From Propionibacteriaceae bacterium G1746 (lineage in GTDB: Bacteria > Actinomycetota > Actinomycetes > Propionibacteriales > Propionibacteriaceae): a stretch of 24,000 nt of DNA. Under the pieces are notes generated by a model. It searched no databases, was not told the origin of the DNA, and saw only the letters and a list, made by a program, of their open reading frames with translations. Shown piece by piece: positions 5,395 to 13,078 of the stretch. Where the stretch lies: contig CP189723.1 in the NCBI GenBank assembly GCA_050157075.1, positions 2,850,139 through 2,874,138 on the forward strand, given 5' to 3'. Numbering within the stretch: position 1 is the first letter of the stretch; each line of letters starts with the position of its first letter. The position numbers and the translations under genes are program-made.

Positions 5395-7854
5395 TCAGCC
5401 GAACAGGGTGTAGCCCTGCCAGCCAGTGGCGATCTGCTTGGCGACTCCCCAGCGGCCGCCGCCGAGGTTCGCGTACAGGTACATCACGCCGTCCGCGTTG
5501 CGTCCGACCATGTCGACACGGCCATCACCGGTCATGTCGCCGGGGGCGAACATCGCGGTGAAGCCGGTCCAGCCACGACCGACCAGGGCTGCCTGAATGA
5601 TCGTGCCGCCGGGGCCGGAGTAGTAGGCGAACAGCTGGCCCGCGGCATTGGTGGCGATGATGTCGGCGGTGCCGTCATTATTGAAGTCACCGACCGAGGT
5701 GATCCGGTTGATGCCCTGCCAGTTCTTGCCGATGAAGCTGGCGTTCTTGAGCCCCTCAGCCGTCAGCGTGTACCGGTACAGGTTGCCGTTGTCCTTGCCG
5801 ACACCGACGACCTCGGGACGACCGTCCTTGTTCATGTCACCGACGACGGTGATGTTGGTGATCCCATTCCAGTTCTTGCCCACCTGGGTCGGCGAGCTGA
5901 ACTGGCCCAGGCCGCGGCCCAGGTACAGGAACATCGCGCCGTCCTTGCGCAGGCCCATCAGGTCGTCCTTGCCGTCACCGTTCACGTCGGGGGTGTGCGA
6001 GATCCAGGTGAAGTTCTGCCAGCCGCCGCCGGCCTTGGCCCACGAGCCGCTCAGGCCACCGGGGGTGCCGAACCAGGTGTAGAGGTCGCCACGCTTGTCG
6101 ACGGCGATGATGTCGCCGATGCGGTCACCGCTCTGGTCGCCCCAGGCAAAGTCCTTGCCCAGGGGCGGCAGCTCGGGCTGGGTGCAGCCCTCAGCGCCGG
6201 CACCGGGGACGAACGCGCCGCTCAGGTTGGCATCGACCTGGTAGACGCCACCAGCGGCGGGGTTCGACCCGTCGGTGATGATGCCGTCGAACGTGACCTG
6301 GAACGAGGTGCCTGCGGGCAGGTCACCGAGGTTGAAGACGAGCTTGCCGTCCTCGACCGTCGGCGCCGGGGCCTGGATCGCCTTGGCGGCCGGCCAGGCA
6401 GCCTGCTCATCGTCGCTCAGTGAGTTGACCTTGACGAAGTTGGCCCAGTCGCTGTTGGCAACGGAGGCCTCGGCGATGTCCCAGTTGGCGCCGGGAGTGA
6501 TGACGAGCTTGGCGTCATTGATGGCGTGGTCGGTGGCCACCGGGATGCGGAAATGCAGCGGGCCGGCGCCATAGGCACCCACCCAGTGGTGGGCGTCGAG
6601 CAGGCCATCATTCTCGGCGAACAGGCTGGGGCGCACCACCTTGATGAAGCCGTTGTTGGAGTAGTCGGCCAGGTCCTGGTCGATCACCGCAGCGGCCTGC
6701 CAGTTCACGGTGCAGCCGGTCGACAGGTCACCGTTGGCGGTGGCCTGGAACGGCTTCACCGCGGTCTGGGTGAAGGTGCCGCTGAAGACCTTGCCGTTGG
6801 TCGACCAGTCGTTCGAGCCGTTGTTCCAGGTGAACTTGTGAGTGCCGCCGCGCAGGTGGGTGACCTGGACGGAGTCGATCTTCAGCGCGGCAGCGTCAGC
6901 CTCCGCGGCCTTGAACTGCATCAGGTCGCCGTCGACGTCCTTGACGAGGTGGGTCTGGGCAACGTTCAGCGCGGTGTCGGCCAGCGTGATCTTCTGGCCG
7001 GTCGCCCACAGCTGGAACGGCGTGCGGGCCAGGTAGGGCTGCAGCACCGACAGATCAGTGATCTTGTTGTTGTGGATGCGCAGCTGGTTCAGCTTCGGCA
7101 GGTTGTCGAGCTTGGCGATGTCGGCGTTACCGAGCGCGCGGTCGTTCAGGTACAGCTGCTGCAGCTCGGGCAGCCCGTTGATCGGGGCCACGTCCAGCGC
7201 GGTGGTCGTCCCGGCCGGGCCAGAGGCCCACAGCCGACCCAGCTTCGTCAGTTCAGCCACGGGCGCGAACGACGTCAGCGGGTTGCTCGCGGCATAGATC
7301 GCGGTCAGGGTGTCCTTGGACGCCGTGAGCGGCGACAGGTCAGCCACCTGGTTGAAACCAACATTGATCAGGCCCAGGGTCGTGACATCGCCCAACGGCG
7401 CCAGCGAGGTGATCCCCTGGTTCGGCGCACCCGCATTCTTGTGCTGCAACTGCAGCATCGACAGACTCGTCATTGCGCTCATGTCAGCCGGCAGCGCCGC
7501 GATGTAGTTGTCGTCGAGCGACACGGTCTTGAGCTTCGACAGACCGGCCAGCTCATCGAAATCGGTCAGCACGTTGTTGGACGCATTGATCGAGGTCAGG
7601 TTGGTGGCGTGCTCCAGGCCGGCCAGGTCGGCCACACCCTTGCCGCTGCAGGTCAGCGCGGTCAGCTTGTCGAGATCGGCCGTGCTGATGGCAGCATCGG
7701 CAGCCCGGGTCGGGTCGATGGCGGTATTGATACAGGCAGCGAGCGCCGCGTCGGTGACGAGCGCCCCTTCTTCGGCCTGGGCAATGCCCGTGCCGGTCAG
7801 CAACAGCGCGGATGCCGCCGCGGCAGCGGCGATCCCACGCAGGTTGAACTTCAT
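5395..7854 (-). CDS. Secreted internalin-architecture LRR protein with an unassigned middle domain and five C-terminal FG-GAP/VCBS-like repeats (paralog A)
   Basis: ORF track 5395..7941. I start at ATG 7854 (MKFNLRGIAAAAAASALLLTGTGIAQA/EE, a Sec signal peptide) with GGAAAGGA upstream. N-cap, then about nine ~22-aa LRRs (e.g. LTSINASNNVLTDFDELAGLSK, LNQLRIHNNKITDLSVLQP), then an inter-repeat region ending VFSGTFTQTA. C-terminal repeats: GDQSGDRIGDIIAVDKRGDLYTW, PDVNGDGKDDLMGLRKDGAMFLY, GDMNKDGRPEVVGVGKDNGNLYRY, GDFNNDGTADIIATNAAGQLFAY, GDMTGDGRVDMVGRNADGVMYLY. Confidence 0.85.
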   Translation of the reverse strand: MKFNLRGIAAAAAASALLLTGTGIAQAEEGALVTDAALAACINTAIDPTRAADAAISTADLDKLTALTCSGKGVADLAGLEHATNLTSINASNNVLTDFDELAGLSKLKTVSLDDNYIAALPADMSAMTSLSMLQLQHKNAGAPNQGITSLAPLGDVTTLGLINVGFNQVADLSPLTASKDTLTAIYAASNPLTSFAPVAELTKLGRLWASGPAGTTTALDVAPINGLPELQQLYLNDRALGNADIAKLDNLPKLNQLRIHNNKITDLSVLQPYLARTPFQLWATGQKITLADTALNVAQTHLVKDVDGDLMQFKAAEADAAALKIDSVQVTHLRGGTHKFTWNNGSNDWSTNGKVFSGTFTQTAVKPFQATANGDLSTGCTVNWQAAAVIDQDLADYSNNGFIKVVRPSLFAENDGLLDAHHWVGAYGAGPLHFRIPVATDHAINDAKLVITPGANWDIAEASVANSDWANFVKVNSLSDDEQAAWPAAKAIQAPAPTVEDGKLVFNLGDLPAGTSFQVTFDGIITDGSNPAAGGVYQVDANLSGAFVPGAGAEGCTQPELPPLGKDFAWGDQSGDRIGDIIAVDKRGDLYTWFGTPGGLSGSWAKAGGGWQNFTWISHTPDVNGDGKDDLMGLRKDGAMFLYLGRGLGQFSSPTQVGKNWNGITNITVVGDMNKDGRPEVVGVGKDNGNLYRYTLTAEGLKNASFIGKNWQGINRITSVGDFNNDGTADIIATNAAGQLFAYYSGPGGTIIQAALVGRGWTGFTAMFAPGDMTGDGRVDMVGRNADGVMYLYANLGGGRWGVAKQIATGWQGYTLFG

Positions 7855-7879
7855 TCGAGTGGTCCTTTCCAGGACAGAT

Positions 7880-7893
7880 GTGACCAGGGTCAC
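7880..7893 (-). promoter_or_regulatory. GTGAC-N4-GTCAC inverted repeat in the leader of LRR gene A
   Basis: GTGACCAGGGTCAC lies 26 nt upstream of the start codon. The same architecture (GTGACCTGCGTCAC) occupies the equivalent position upstream of paralog B, although the surrounding non-coding DNA has diverged. Confidence 0.35.
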
Positions 7894-7986
7894 AGGGTGG
7901 TGACGGCCATCGGAGGGGTGGCCTGGTGGCTGAACCCGCACACACTCGACGAACTTTCTGTCGGGAATGCCCGGGGTTCCACGCTC

Positions 7987-7992
7987 ATGTTA
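7987..7992 (-). promoter_or_regulatory. Candidate -10 hexamer TAACAT for LRR gene A
   Basis: Minus strand reads ...TCTGTTCTATAACATGAGCG... The block ATAACATGA is conserved upstream of paralog B. It implies a leader of roughly 125 nt. Confidence 0.35.
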
Positions 7993-8050
7993 TAGAACAG
8001 ATTTACCGTTGCCCACCCACCCCCGCACAATGGACATTCCTGACGCATTG

Positions 8051-8064
8051 TTGACGCGCGTCAA
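8051..8064. promoter_or_regulatory. Perfect 14-bp palindrome TTGACGCGCGTCAA (candidate operator/activator site)
   Basis: Self-complementary and about 60 bp upstream of the candidate -10 of gene A. An extra TGACGC half-site lies at 8041-8046. A 13/14 copy (TTGGCGCGCGTCAA) sits at the equivalent place upstream of paralog B. Confidence 0.45.
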
Positions 8065-8090
8065 GAGGCCGAAGGCGCCGGCGAAACGCC

Positions 8091-8120
8091 GGGCCCGCCG
8101 GGACGAAACCCGGCGGGCCC
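8091..8120 (-). terminator. GC-rich hairpin terminator after LRR gene B
   Basis: GGGCCCGCCGGG (8091-8102), ACGAAA, then CCCGGCGGGCCC (8109-8120). A perfect 12-bp stem 28 nt downstream of the stop at 8148, followed on the minus strand by GGCGUUUCG. A second small hairpin, CCGGCG-AAA-CGCCGG, sits at 8076-8090. Confidence 0.55.
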
Positions 8121-8147
8121 CACCCATCATTCGGGCGATGACGAATG

Positions 8148-9848
8148 TCAGCGCTTCCAGGAGCTGCAGCTGGTGCCCTGCTGCGGGCTGCCCACACCCT
8201 GGTTGCCCACACCGGGGATGTAGTTGCCGGTCAGGTTCGCGGCAATGTCGTAGACGCCACCCGCGAACGGGCTGGACCCGTCGGTGACGATGCCATCGAA
8301 CGTGATCTGCAGCGATGAGCCGGCGGGCAGGTGGCCGAGGTTGAAGACCAGCTTGCCGTCCTCGAGCGTGGGCGTGGGCGCCTTCAAGAACTTGGCCTCG
8401 GGCCAGGCTGCCTGCTGCGCGTCGGTCAGCGAGTTCACCCTGACGAAGTTGGTCCAGTCACTGTTGGCGACGCTGCCCACAGGGATCTGCCAGTTGTCGC
8501 CGGGGGTGATGACGAGCCTGGCGTTGTTGATGGCGTAGTCCGTGGCCACCGGGATGCGGAAGTGCAGCGGACCGGCACCATAGCCGCTGCCCACCCAGTG
8601 GTGGGCGCTCATCAGGCCCTTGCTGCCCGGGAACAGGGTTGGGTCGACCACCTGGCCGAATCCGTTGACCGAGTAGTTGGGGATGTCCTGGTTGATGACC
8701 GCGGCTGCCTGCCAGTCGACCGTGCAGCGGTTCGAGAGGTCACCGTTGCCGGTGGCGGTCTGGGTGAACGTGCCGCTGAAGACCTTGCCGTTGGTCGACC
8801 AGTCGTTCGACCCGTTGTTCCAGGTGAACTTGTGGGTACCGCCGCGCAGATGCGTGACCTCGTTGTCGTTGATCTGCAGCACGGCAACGTCACCGGCGGC
8901 CGGCTTGAGCGACATGACCTTGCCATCGACGTCCTTGACGATGTGGGTCTCGGCGACGGCCCACAACGCGTCGGGCAGCGCGATCTTCTGGCCGGTCGCC
9001 CACAGCTGGAACGGCGTGCTGGCCAGGTACGGCTGCAGCACCGACAGATCAGTGATCCGGTTGTTGTGGATGCGCAGCTGGTTCAGCTTGGGCAGCTTGT
9101 CGAGCTTCGCGATATCGGCATTGGTCAGCGCCCGGTCGTTCAGGTACAGCTGCTGCAGCTCGGGCAGCTCATTGATCGGCGCCACGTCCAGAGCGGTCGT
9201 CGTCCCCGCCGGGCCCGAGGCCCACAGCCGACCCAGCTTGGTCAGCTGCTTGACCGGCGCGAACGAGGTCAGCGGGGTGCCAGAAGCATAGATCGCGGTC
9301 AGGGTGTTCTTGGACGCCGTCAGCGGCGACAGGTCACCCACAGGCTGGAACTGGATGTTGATCAGGCCCAAGGTGGTCACCTGGCCCAGCGGCGCCAGCG
9401 ACGTGATCCCCGCGTTCGGCGCACCCGCGGCCTTTCGCTGCAGCGACAGCTGCGACAGACTCGTCATCGCGCTCATATCGGCTGGCAGCGCCGCGATGTA
9501 GTTGTCGTCGAGCGACACCGTCTTGAGTTTCGACAGCCCGGCCAGCTCGTCGAAATCGGTCAGCACGTTGTCGCCAGCAGTGATGCTTGTCAGGTTCGTC
9601 GCGTACTCCAGGCCGGCCAGGTCGGCCACACCCTTGCCGCTGCAGGTCAGGCTGGACAACCTGCCCAGATCAGCAGTGCTGATCGCAGCATCCGCCGCCC
9701 GGTCCGGGCCAAGGGTGGTATTGATGCAGCCGGCCAGCGCCGCATCGGTGACGAGGGTGGATTCTTCAGCCTCGGCAATGCCGGTGCCAGTGAGCAACAG
9801 CGCGGCCGCCGCTGCGGCAGCAGCGATCCCACGCAAAGAGGAAAACAT
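8148..9848 (-). CDS. Secreted internalin-architecture LRR protein, paralog B (no FG-GAP module)
   Basis: ORF track 8148..9893. I start at ATG 9848 (MFSSLRGIAAAAAAAALLLTGTGIAEA/EE) with GGGAAGGA upstream. Colinear with paralog A through the cap, LRRs, VFSGTFTQTA and the middle domain. Ends ...GNYIPGVGNQGVGSPQQGTSCSSWKR, where A continues into FG-GAP-like repeats. Confidence 0.85.
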   Translation of the reverse strand: MFSSLRGIAAAAAAAALLLTGTGIAEAEESTLVTDAALAGCINTTLGPDRAADAAISTADLGRLSSLTCSGKGVADLAGLEYATNLTSITAGDNVLTDFDELAGLSKLKTVSLDDNYIAALPADMSAMTSLSQLSLQRKAAGAPNAGITSLAPLGQVTTLGLINIQFQPVGDLSPLTASKNTLTAIYASGTPLTSFAPVKQLTKLGRLWASGPAGTTTALDVAPINELPELQQLYLNDRALTNADIAKLDKLPKLNQLRIHNNRITDLSVLQPYLASTPFQLWATGQKIALPDALWAVAETHIVKDVDGKVMSLKPAAGDVAVLQINDNEVTHLRGGTHKFTWNNGSNDWSTNGKVFSGTFTQTATGNGDLSNRCTVDWQAAAVINQDIPNYSVNGFGQVVDPTLFPGSKGLMSAHHWVGSGYGAGPLHFRIPVATDYAINNARLVITPGDNWQIPVGSVANSDWTNFVRVNSLTDAQQAAWPEAKFLKAPTPTLEDGKLVFNLGHLPAGSSLQITFDGIVTDGSSPFAGGVYDIAANLTGNYIPGVGNQGVGSPQQGTSCSSWKR

Positions 9849-9875
9849 GTTGACGGTGTCCTTCCCGGACGATTT

Positions 9876-9889
9876 GTGACCTGCGTCAC
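9876..9889 (-). promoter_or_regulatory. GTGAC-N4-GTCAC inverted repeat in the leader of LRR gene B
   Basis: GTGACCTGCGTCAC lies 28 nt upstream of the start codon. Counterpart of 7880..7893. Confidence 0.35.
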
Positions 9890-9956
9890 TCAAGGGGTGA
9901 TGGAACCCGCCAGCATCGTGGGGCCAATTTCGCCTGTTCCGAGGGGTTCTGTGATC

Positions 9957-9962
9957 ATGTTA
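9957..9962 (-). promoter_or_regulatory. Candidate -10 hexamer TAACAT for LRR gene B
   Basis: Minus strand reads ...TTTGTTTCATAACATGATCAC... Conserved with 7987..7992. Confidence 0.35.
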
Positions 9963-10017
9963 TGAAACAAATCCCCGCTGCGCCACCTTCTCGAAAAAAT
10001 GGATGCCAGCCGCACTA

Positions 10018-10031
10018 TTGGCGCGCGTCAA
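10018..10031. promoter_or_regulatory. Near-palindrome TTGGCGCGCGTCAA, copy of the 8051..8064 site
   Basis: 13/14 identical to TTGACGCGCGTCAA. It lies about 55 bp upstream of the candidate -10 of gene B and 44 bp upstream of the candidate -10 of the divergent ThrE-family gene. Confidence 0.4.
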
Positions 10032-10075
10032 TACCAATCAGCCCGCCGCTCAGGCCACACTCATCACACCCGTCC

Positions 10076-10081
10076 TAGACT
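10076..10081 (+). promoter_or_regulatory. -10-like TAGACT exactly 6 nt before the GTG start (leaderless-type promoter)
   Basis: TAGACT-gctgcc-GTG(10088), with no Shine-Dalgarno in between. Confidence 0.45.
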
Positions 10082-10087
10082 GCTGCC

Positions 10088-11389
10088 GTGACCGAAGCCC
10101 ACTTCCCGGACGAGCGTGCACTCGAGCCGCGCCAACTCATCAGCGCCTCCAACCTGGTGCTGCGCGCGGGCAACCTGATGCTCGGCGCCGGCACGAGTTC
10201 ACTGCGCGTGCGCCAGAGCATGCAGCGGGTCGCCCGCAGCCTCGGAGTCGACCACCTGCAGGCCCAGATCACGTTCACCACCATCGTGGTGACCATCCAC
10301 CGCGGCGGGCTGTTCCGCACCCAGGCCGGCGAGATCACCACCCCGGGCGTCGACGCCGACCGCATCCGGGCCATCCAGCACCTGACCCGGCGTTTGCCCG
10401 AGCACCAGACCCCGGACGACATCGCCGCCGCTCTCGATGCCATCGAGGCCCGCACACCGTTGCACCGCTCCTGGCTGGTCACCCTGGCCGTCGGACTCGC
10501 CTGCGCCTCAGTGGCCTTCCTGAATGGGGCGGGGGCGCGCGAAGTGCTCTCGGCACTGCTGGCCGCCACCGGCGCATTTGTCGTGCACCGGTTTCTGTTG
10601 CGCCGCCACCTCAACCTGTTCGGCTGTGTCGTCATCTCGACCGTTGCCGCCTCGACGATCTACGCCGCCCTCGCATTCCTGCTGCACGGTGGTGAACTGC
10701 TGTCCACACCGAAACTGCTGGCCGGATTCGTCGCCGCCAGCGTCTTCCTGGTACCGGGTTTCCCGCTGTTCACCGGTGGGCTCGACCTGGCCAGGCTCGA
10801 CCTGCAAGCCGGGGTGGGCCGCATGGTCTATGCCGTGGTCGTCATGCTGTCGATCGGGGTCGGCATCTGGACGGTCGCCTCGGTGACGGGGCTGCAGCCG
10901 ACCGACCCACCGCCCGCACTGGGCGAACCGGCCGTCCTCTGGTCGCTACGGGTGGTCGCGAGCTTCTTCGCCGTGCTCGGCTGGGCCCTGATGTTCAATT
11001 CACCGTGGCGTGAGGCGCTGGGCTCGTCCATCGTGGCCATCGCCGGCAGTGTCGCGCGGCTCGTGCTGGTCGACGCCGGTGCGATGTCGCATGTCGCCAC
11101 GTTCGTCGGGGCGCTGGTGATGGGTTCGCTGTGCCACATCGTCGCCCGGCGCCTTGGCCTGACGAGGCTGATCATGCTCGTGCCGACGCTGCTGGTGATG
11201 ATCCCCGGCGCCCCGGCGCTGCAGGCACTGCTGCACTTCAACAACGGCGACCTGTTCGGGTTCATGTCGAACGGCATCTTCGTGGTGCTGCAGGTGATCA
11301 CCATGATCTGCGGACTGGTCGCGTCCATGATGATCTTCGACCCGGCCTGGGCATTCACCCACCGCGACCGCCAGCCCGCACGGCCCTGA
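10088..11389 (+). CDS. Threonine/serine exporter (ThrE) family membrane protein
   Basis: 433 aa. The N-terminal half reads ...ISASNLVLRAGNLMLGAGTSSLRVRQSMQRVARSLG..., typical of the ThrE/DUF1212 domain. It is followed by multiple hydrophobic helices and a second ThrE_2-like half (...VGALVMGSLCHIVARRL...LVPGAPALQAL...). Confidence 0.75.
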   Translation: MTEAHFPDERALEPRQLISASNLVLRAGNLMLGAGTSSLRVRQSMQRVARSLGVDHLQAQITFTTIVVTIHRGGLFRTQAGEITTPGVDADRIRAIQHLTRRLPEHQTPDDIAAALDAIEARTPLHRSWLVTLAVGLACASVAFLNGAGAREVLSALLAATGAFVVHRFLLRRHLNLFGCVVISTVAASTIYAALAFLLHGGELLSTPKLLAGFVAASVFLVPGFPLFTGGLDLARLDLQAGVGRMVYAVVVMLSIGVGIWTVASVTGLQPTDPPPALGEPAVLWSLRVVASFFAVLGWALMFNSPWREALGSSIVAIAGSVARLVLVDAGAMSHVATFVGALVMGSLCHIVARRLGLTRLIMLVPTLLVMIPGAPALQALLHFNNGDLFGFMSNGIFVVLQVITMICGLVASMMIFDPAWAFTHRDRQPARP

Positions 11390-11392
11390 CCA

Positions 11393-12184
11393 TCAGCTCA
11401 TCAGCAACCGCACGAGCCCGATCAGCCCCACCACCACGATCACGGCACGCAGTGGCCCCGGCTTGAGCCGCCGCCCGTAGCGGGCCCCGAGCCAGCCGCC
11501 AATGGTCGACCCGATGGCGATCACCACGACCACGTCCCAGTGGATCCGGTCGGGCGCAACGATCGTGTACGTCAGCGCCGCCACGATGTTGACCACCAGG
11601 GTGAGCACATTCTTGGCGGCGTTGAGCCGTTGCAGGTCGTCATGCAGCAGCGCCCCGGTCAGGCCCATCAGCAGGATGCCCTGCGCTGCCGTGAAATAGC
11701 CGCCATAGATACCGACCAGGAACGTGCCGACGACCAGCAGCAGCAGGCGCCCCCGGTCGAGGTGTCCTTCGCCACCCGCCTGCGCAGCCTCGTCCGAACT
11801 GCGGGCCCTGACCCACGCATTGATGCGGGGCTGAAAGACGACCAACAACAGCGCCAGCACCAACAACACCGGGACGACTGCACCGAATACCGTCTCGGGC
11901 AGGTGCAGCAGCAGCCAGCAGCCGACCAGCGCGCCGCCCAGCGACGCCGGGATCTGCCAACGCAGGCGTCCCCACTGCCCCCGCAGTTCGCGGCGATACC
12001 CCCAGGCACTCGAGAAACCGCCCGCGACAAGGCCGATCGCATTCGACATGGTCGCCGAGACCGGGGCCACCCCGAATGCCACCAACGTCGGGAACGTGAT
12101 CAGGGTGCCTGAACCGACCAACGCGTTGATCGCACCGGCCAGCACACCCGCGAGGGCGACGATGACAAGTTCGGTGGGGCTCAT
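11393..12184 (-). CDS. TauE/SafE family sulfite/anion exporter permease
   Basis: ORF track 11393..12334. I start at ATG 12184 (MSPTELVIVALAGVLAGAINALVGSGTLITFPTLVAFG...) with GGGGGAG upstream. The upstream 50 codons are non-membrane junk. Motifs: GxGGGxxxxP-like N-terminus and a repeated half, ...GIYGGYFTAAQGILLMG... Confidence 0.8.
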   Translation of the reverse strand: MSPTELVIVALAGVLAGAINALVGSGTLITFPTLVAFGVAPVSATMSNAIGLVAGGFSSAWGYRRELRGQWGRLRWQIPASLGGALVGCWLLLHLPETVFGAVVPVLLVLALLLVVFQPRINAWVRARSSDEAAQAGGEGHLDRGRLLLLVVGTFLVGIYGGYFTAAQGILLMGLTGALLHDDLQRLNAAKNVLTLVVNIVAALTYTIVAPDRIHWDVVVVIAIGSTIGGWLGARYGRRLKPGPLRAVIVVVGLIGLVRLLMS

Positions 12185-12340
12185 GCGGCGCTCCCCCGGC
12201 GCTTTCCGGGGGTCGTGGACGAAGCAGGCACGCGCTCCATCCTGCCATGGCGCGCATTCGGGGCGGACGAGGCAGAATGGATCATGGCTGACTCCCCGCA
12301 GGACACCAGCCGCCCGCGTGAACCCGCGCAGCACCGGCGC

Positions 12341-13066
12341 TCAGCGGTGGCGAGCCGGTACGGCCTCGTTCCACTGCCCCGGTTCGGCCAGGGTGCGCAT
12401 CGCCACCTCGACGCCACCGACGCCCACCGAGGCCACGCTGACCAGCAGCGACAGCGTCGGGTAGCCGTGCACCCGGTTGTCGCGGATGATGGCGCGGTCG
12501 TCCAGCGGCCCGACACTCGTGGTCCGGGCCAGCACGGCCAGCCATTCGTCCCACCAGTTGCCCTCGCCGTTGTGGTGCGGGTCGTCGGTGGGGGCGGCGG
12601 CGAAGGCGTCCAGCCAGGCCGCGATGCGGGCTGTCGAGGGGTCGTCGACGTCGTCGTGCGCGATCATGTGGGTGCCCGGCGTCAGGTCGACGACCTGGGG
12701 CGCGCCGCCGTGCCACGAGGTGACCCGGGCGCCGTCCGCGCTGACCTCGACGAGGTTGAAGCCCAGCGTGGTCAGCGGGTCGGGCAGGGGTCGGCCGGCC
12801 ACCGAGTCGAGGACGAGCGACCCGCGCGAGGTGAATACCGGGCCTTCGGCGCCACCGGCGCGGTTCAGCAGCACCGCCAGGCGCTCGTCGTCCGCCGCCA
12901 GCCAGGCCCCGCCCGCGAGTTCGTCCATGACCCCCTGCACACCGGGGTGGTCGGGCCACCAGCTGCCCAGTGGGCGCCATGGACGACCGGGGTCCTCGTC
13001 GCGGACGGCGAGCATCCTGATGGGGCCTGCGCCGGGTTCGGGCACGCGGATCACGACGGTGCACAT
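12341..13066 (-). CDS. NRDE (TANGO2-like, DUF833) family protein
   Basis: Embedded in track ORF 12341..13648. The real start is ATG 13066, giving MCTVVIRVPEPGAGPIRMLAVRDEDPGRPW... (N-terminal Met-Cys-Thr and an xRDE motif typical of the family). The longer upstream extension overlaps coaBC in antisense. Confidence 0.7.
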   Translation of the reverse strand: MCTVVIRVPEPGAGPIRMLAVRDEDPGRPWRPLGSWWPDHPGVQGVMDELAGGAWLAADDERLAVLLNRAGGAEGPVFTSRGSLVLDSVAGRPLPDPLTTLGFNLVEVSADGARVTSWHGGAPQVVDLTPGTHMIAHDDVDDPSTARIAAWLDAFAAAPTDDPHHNGEGNWWDEWLAVLARTTSVGPLDDRAIIRDNRVHGYPTLSLLVSVASVGVGGVEVAMRTLAEPGQWNEAVPARHR

Positions 13067-13072
13067 GGGGCG

Positions 13073-13078
13073 ACCGTA
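13073..13078 (-). promoter_or_regulatory. -10-like TACGGT exactly 6 nt before the ATG of the NRDE gene (leaderless-type)
   Basis: Minus strand reads TACGGT-cgcccc-ATG(13066). Confidence 0.4.

Noticed and set aside
7855-7941. N-terminal extensions of both LRR ORFs (MRVQPPGHPSDGRHHPV... at 7941 and MSDAGHKSSGKDTVN at 9893)
   Set aside because: Internal ATGs at 7854 and 9848 are preceded by GGAAAGGA / GGGAAGGA and open directly into canonical signal peptides. The extensions are not conserved between the paralogs.
6526-9965. Two very long plus-strand ORFs (6526..7995, 489 aa; 8331..9965, 544 aa) antisense to the LRR genes
   Set aside because: Their translations are Arg/Gly/Val/Gln-rich low-complexity strings with no recognisable motifs. 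They mirror each other only because the genes opposite them are paralogs. The minus-strand frames carry signal peptides, LRRs and ribosome-binding sites. These are typical GC-driven shadow ORFs.
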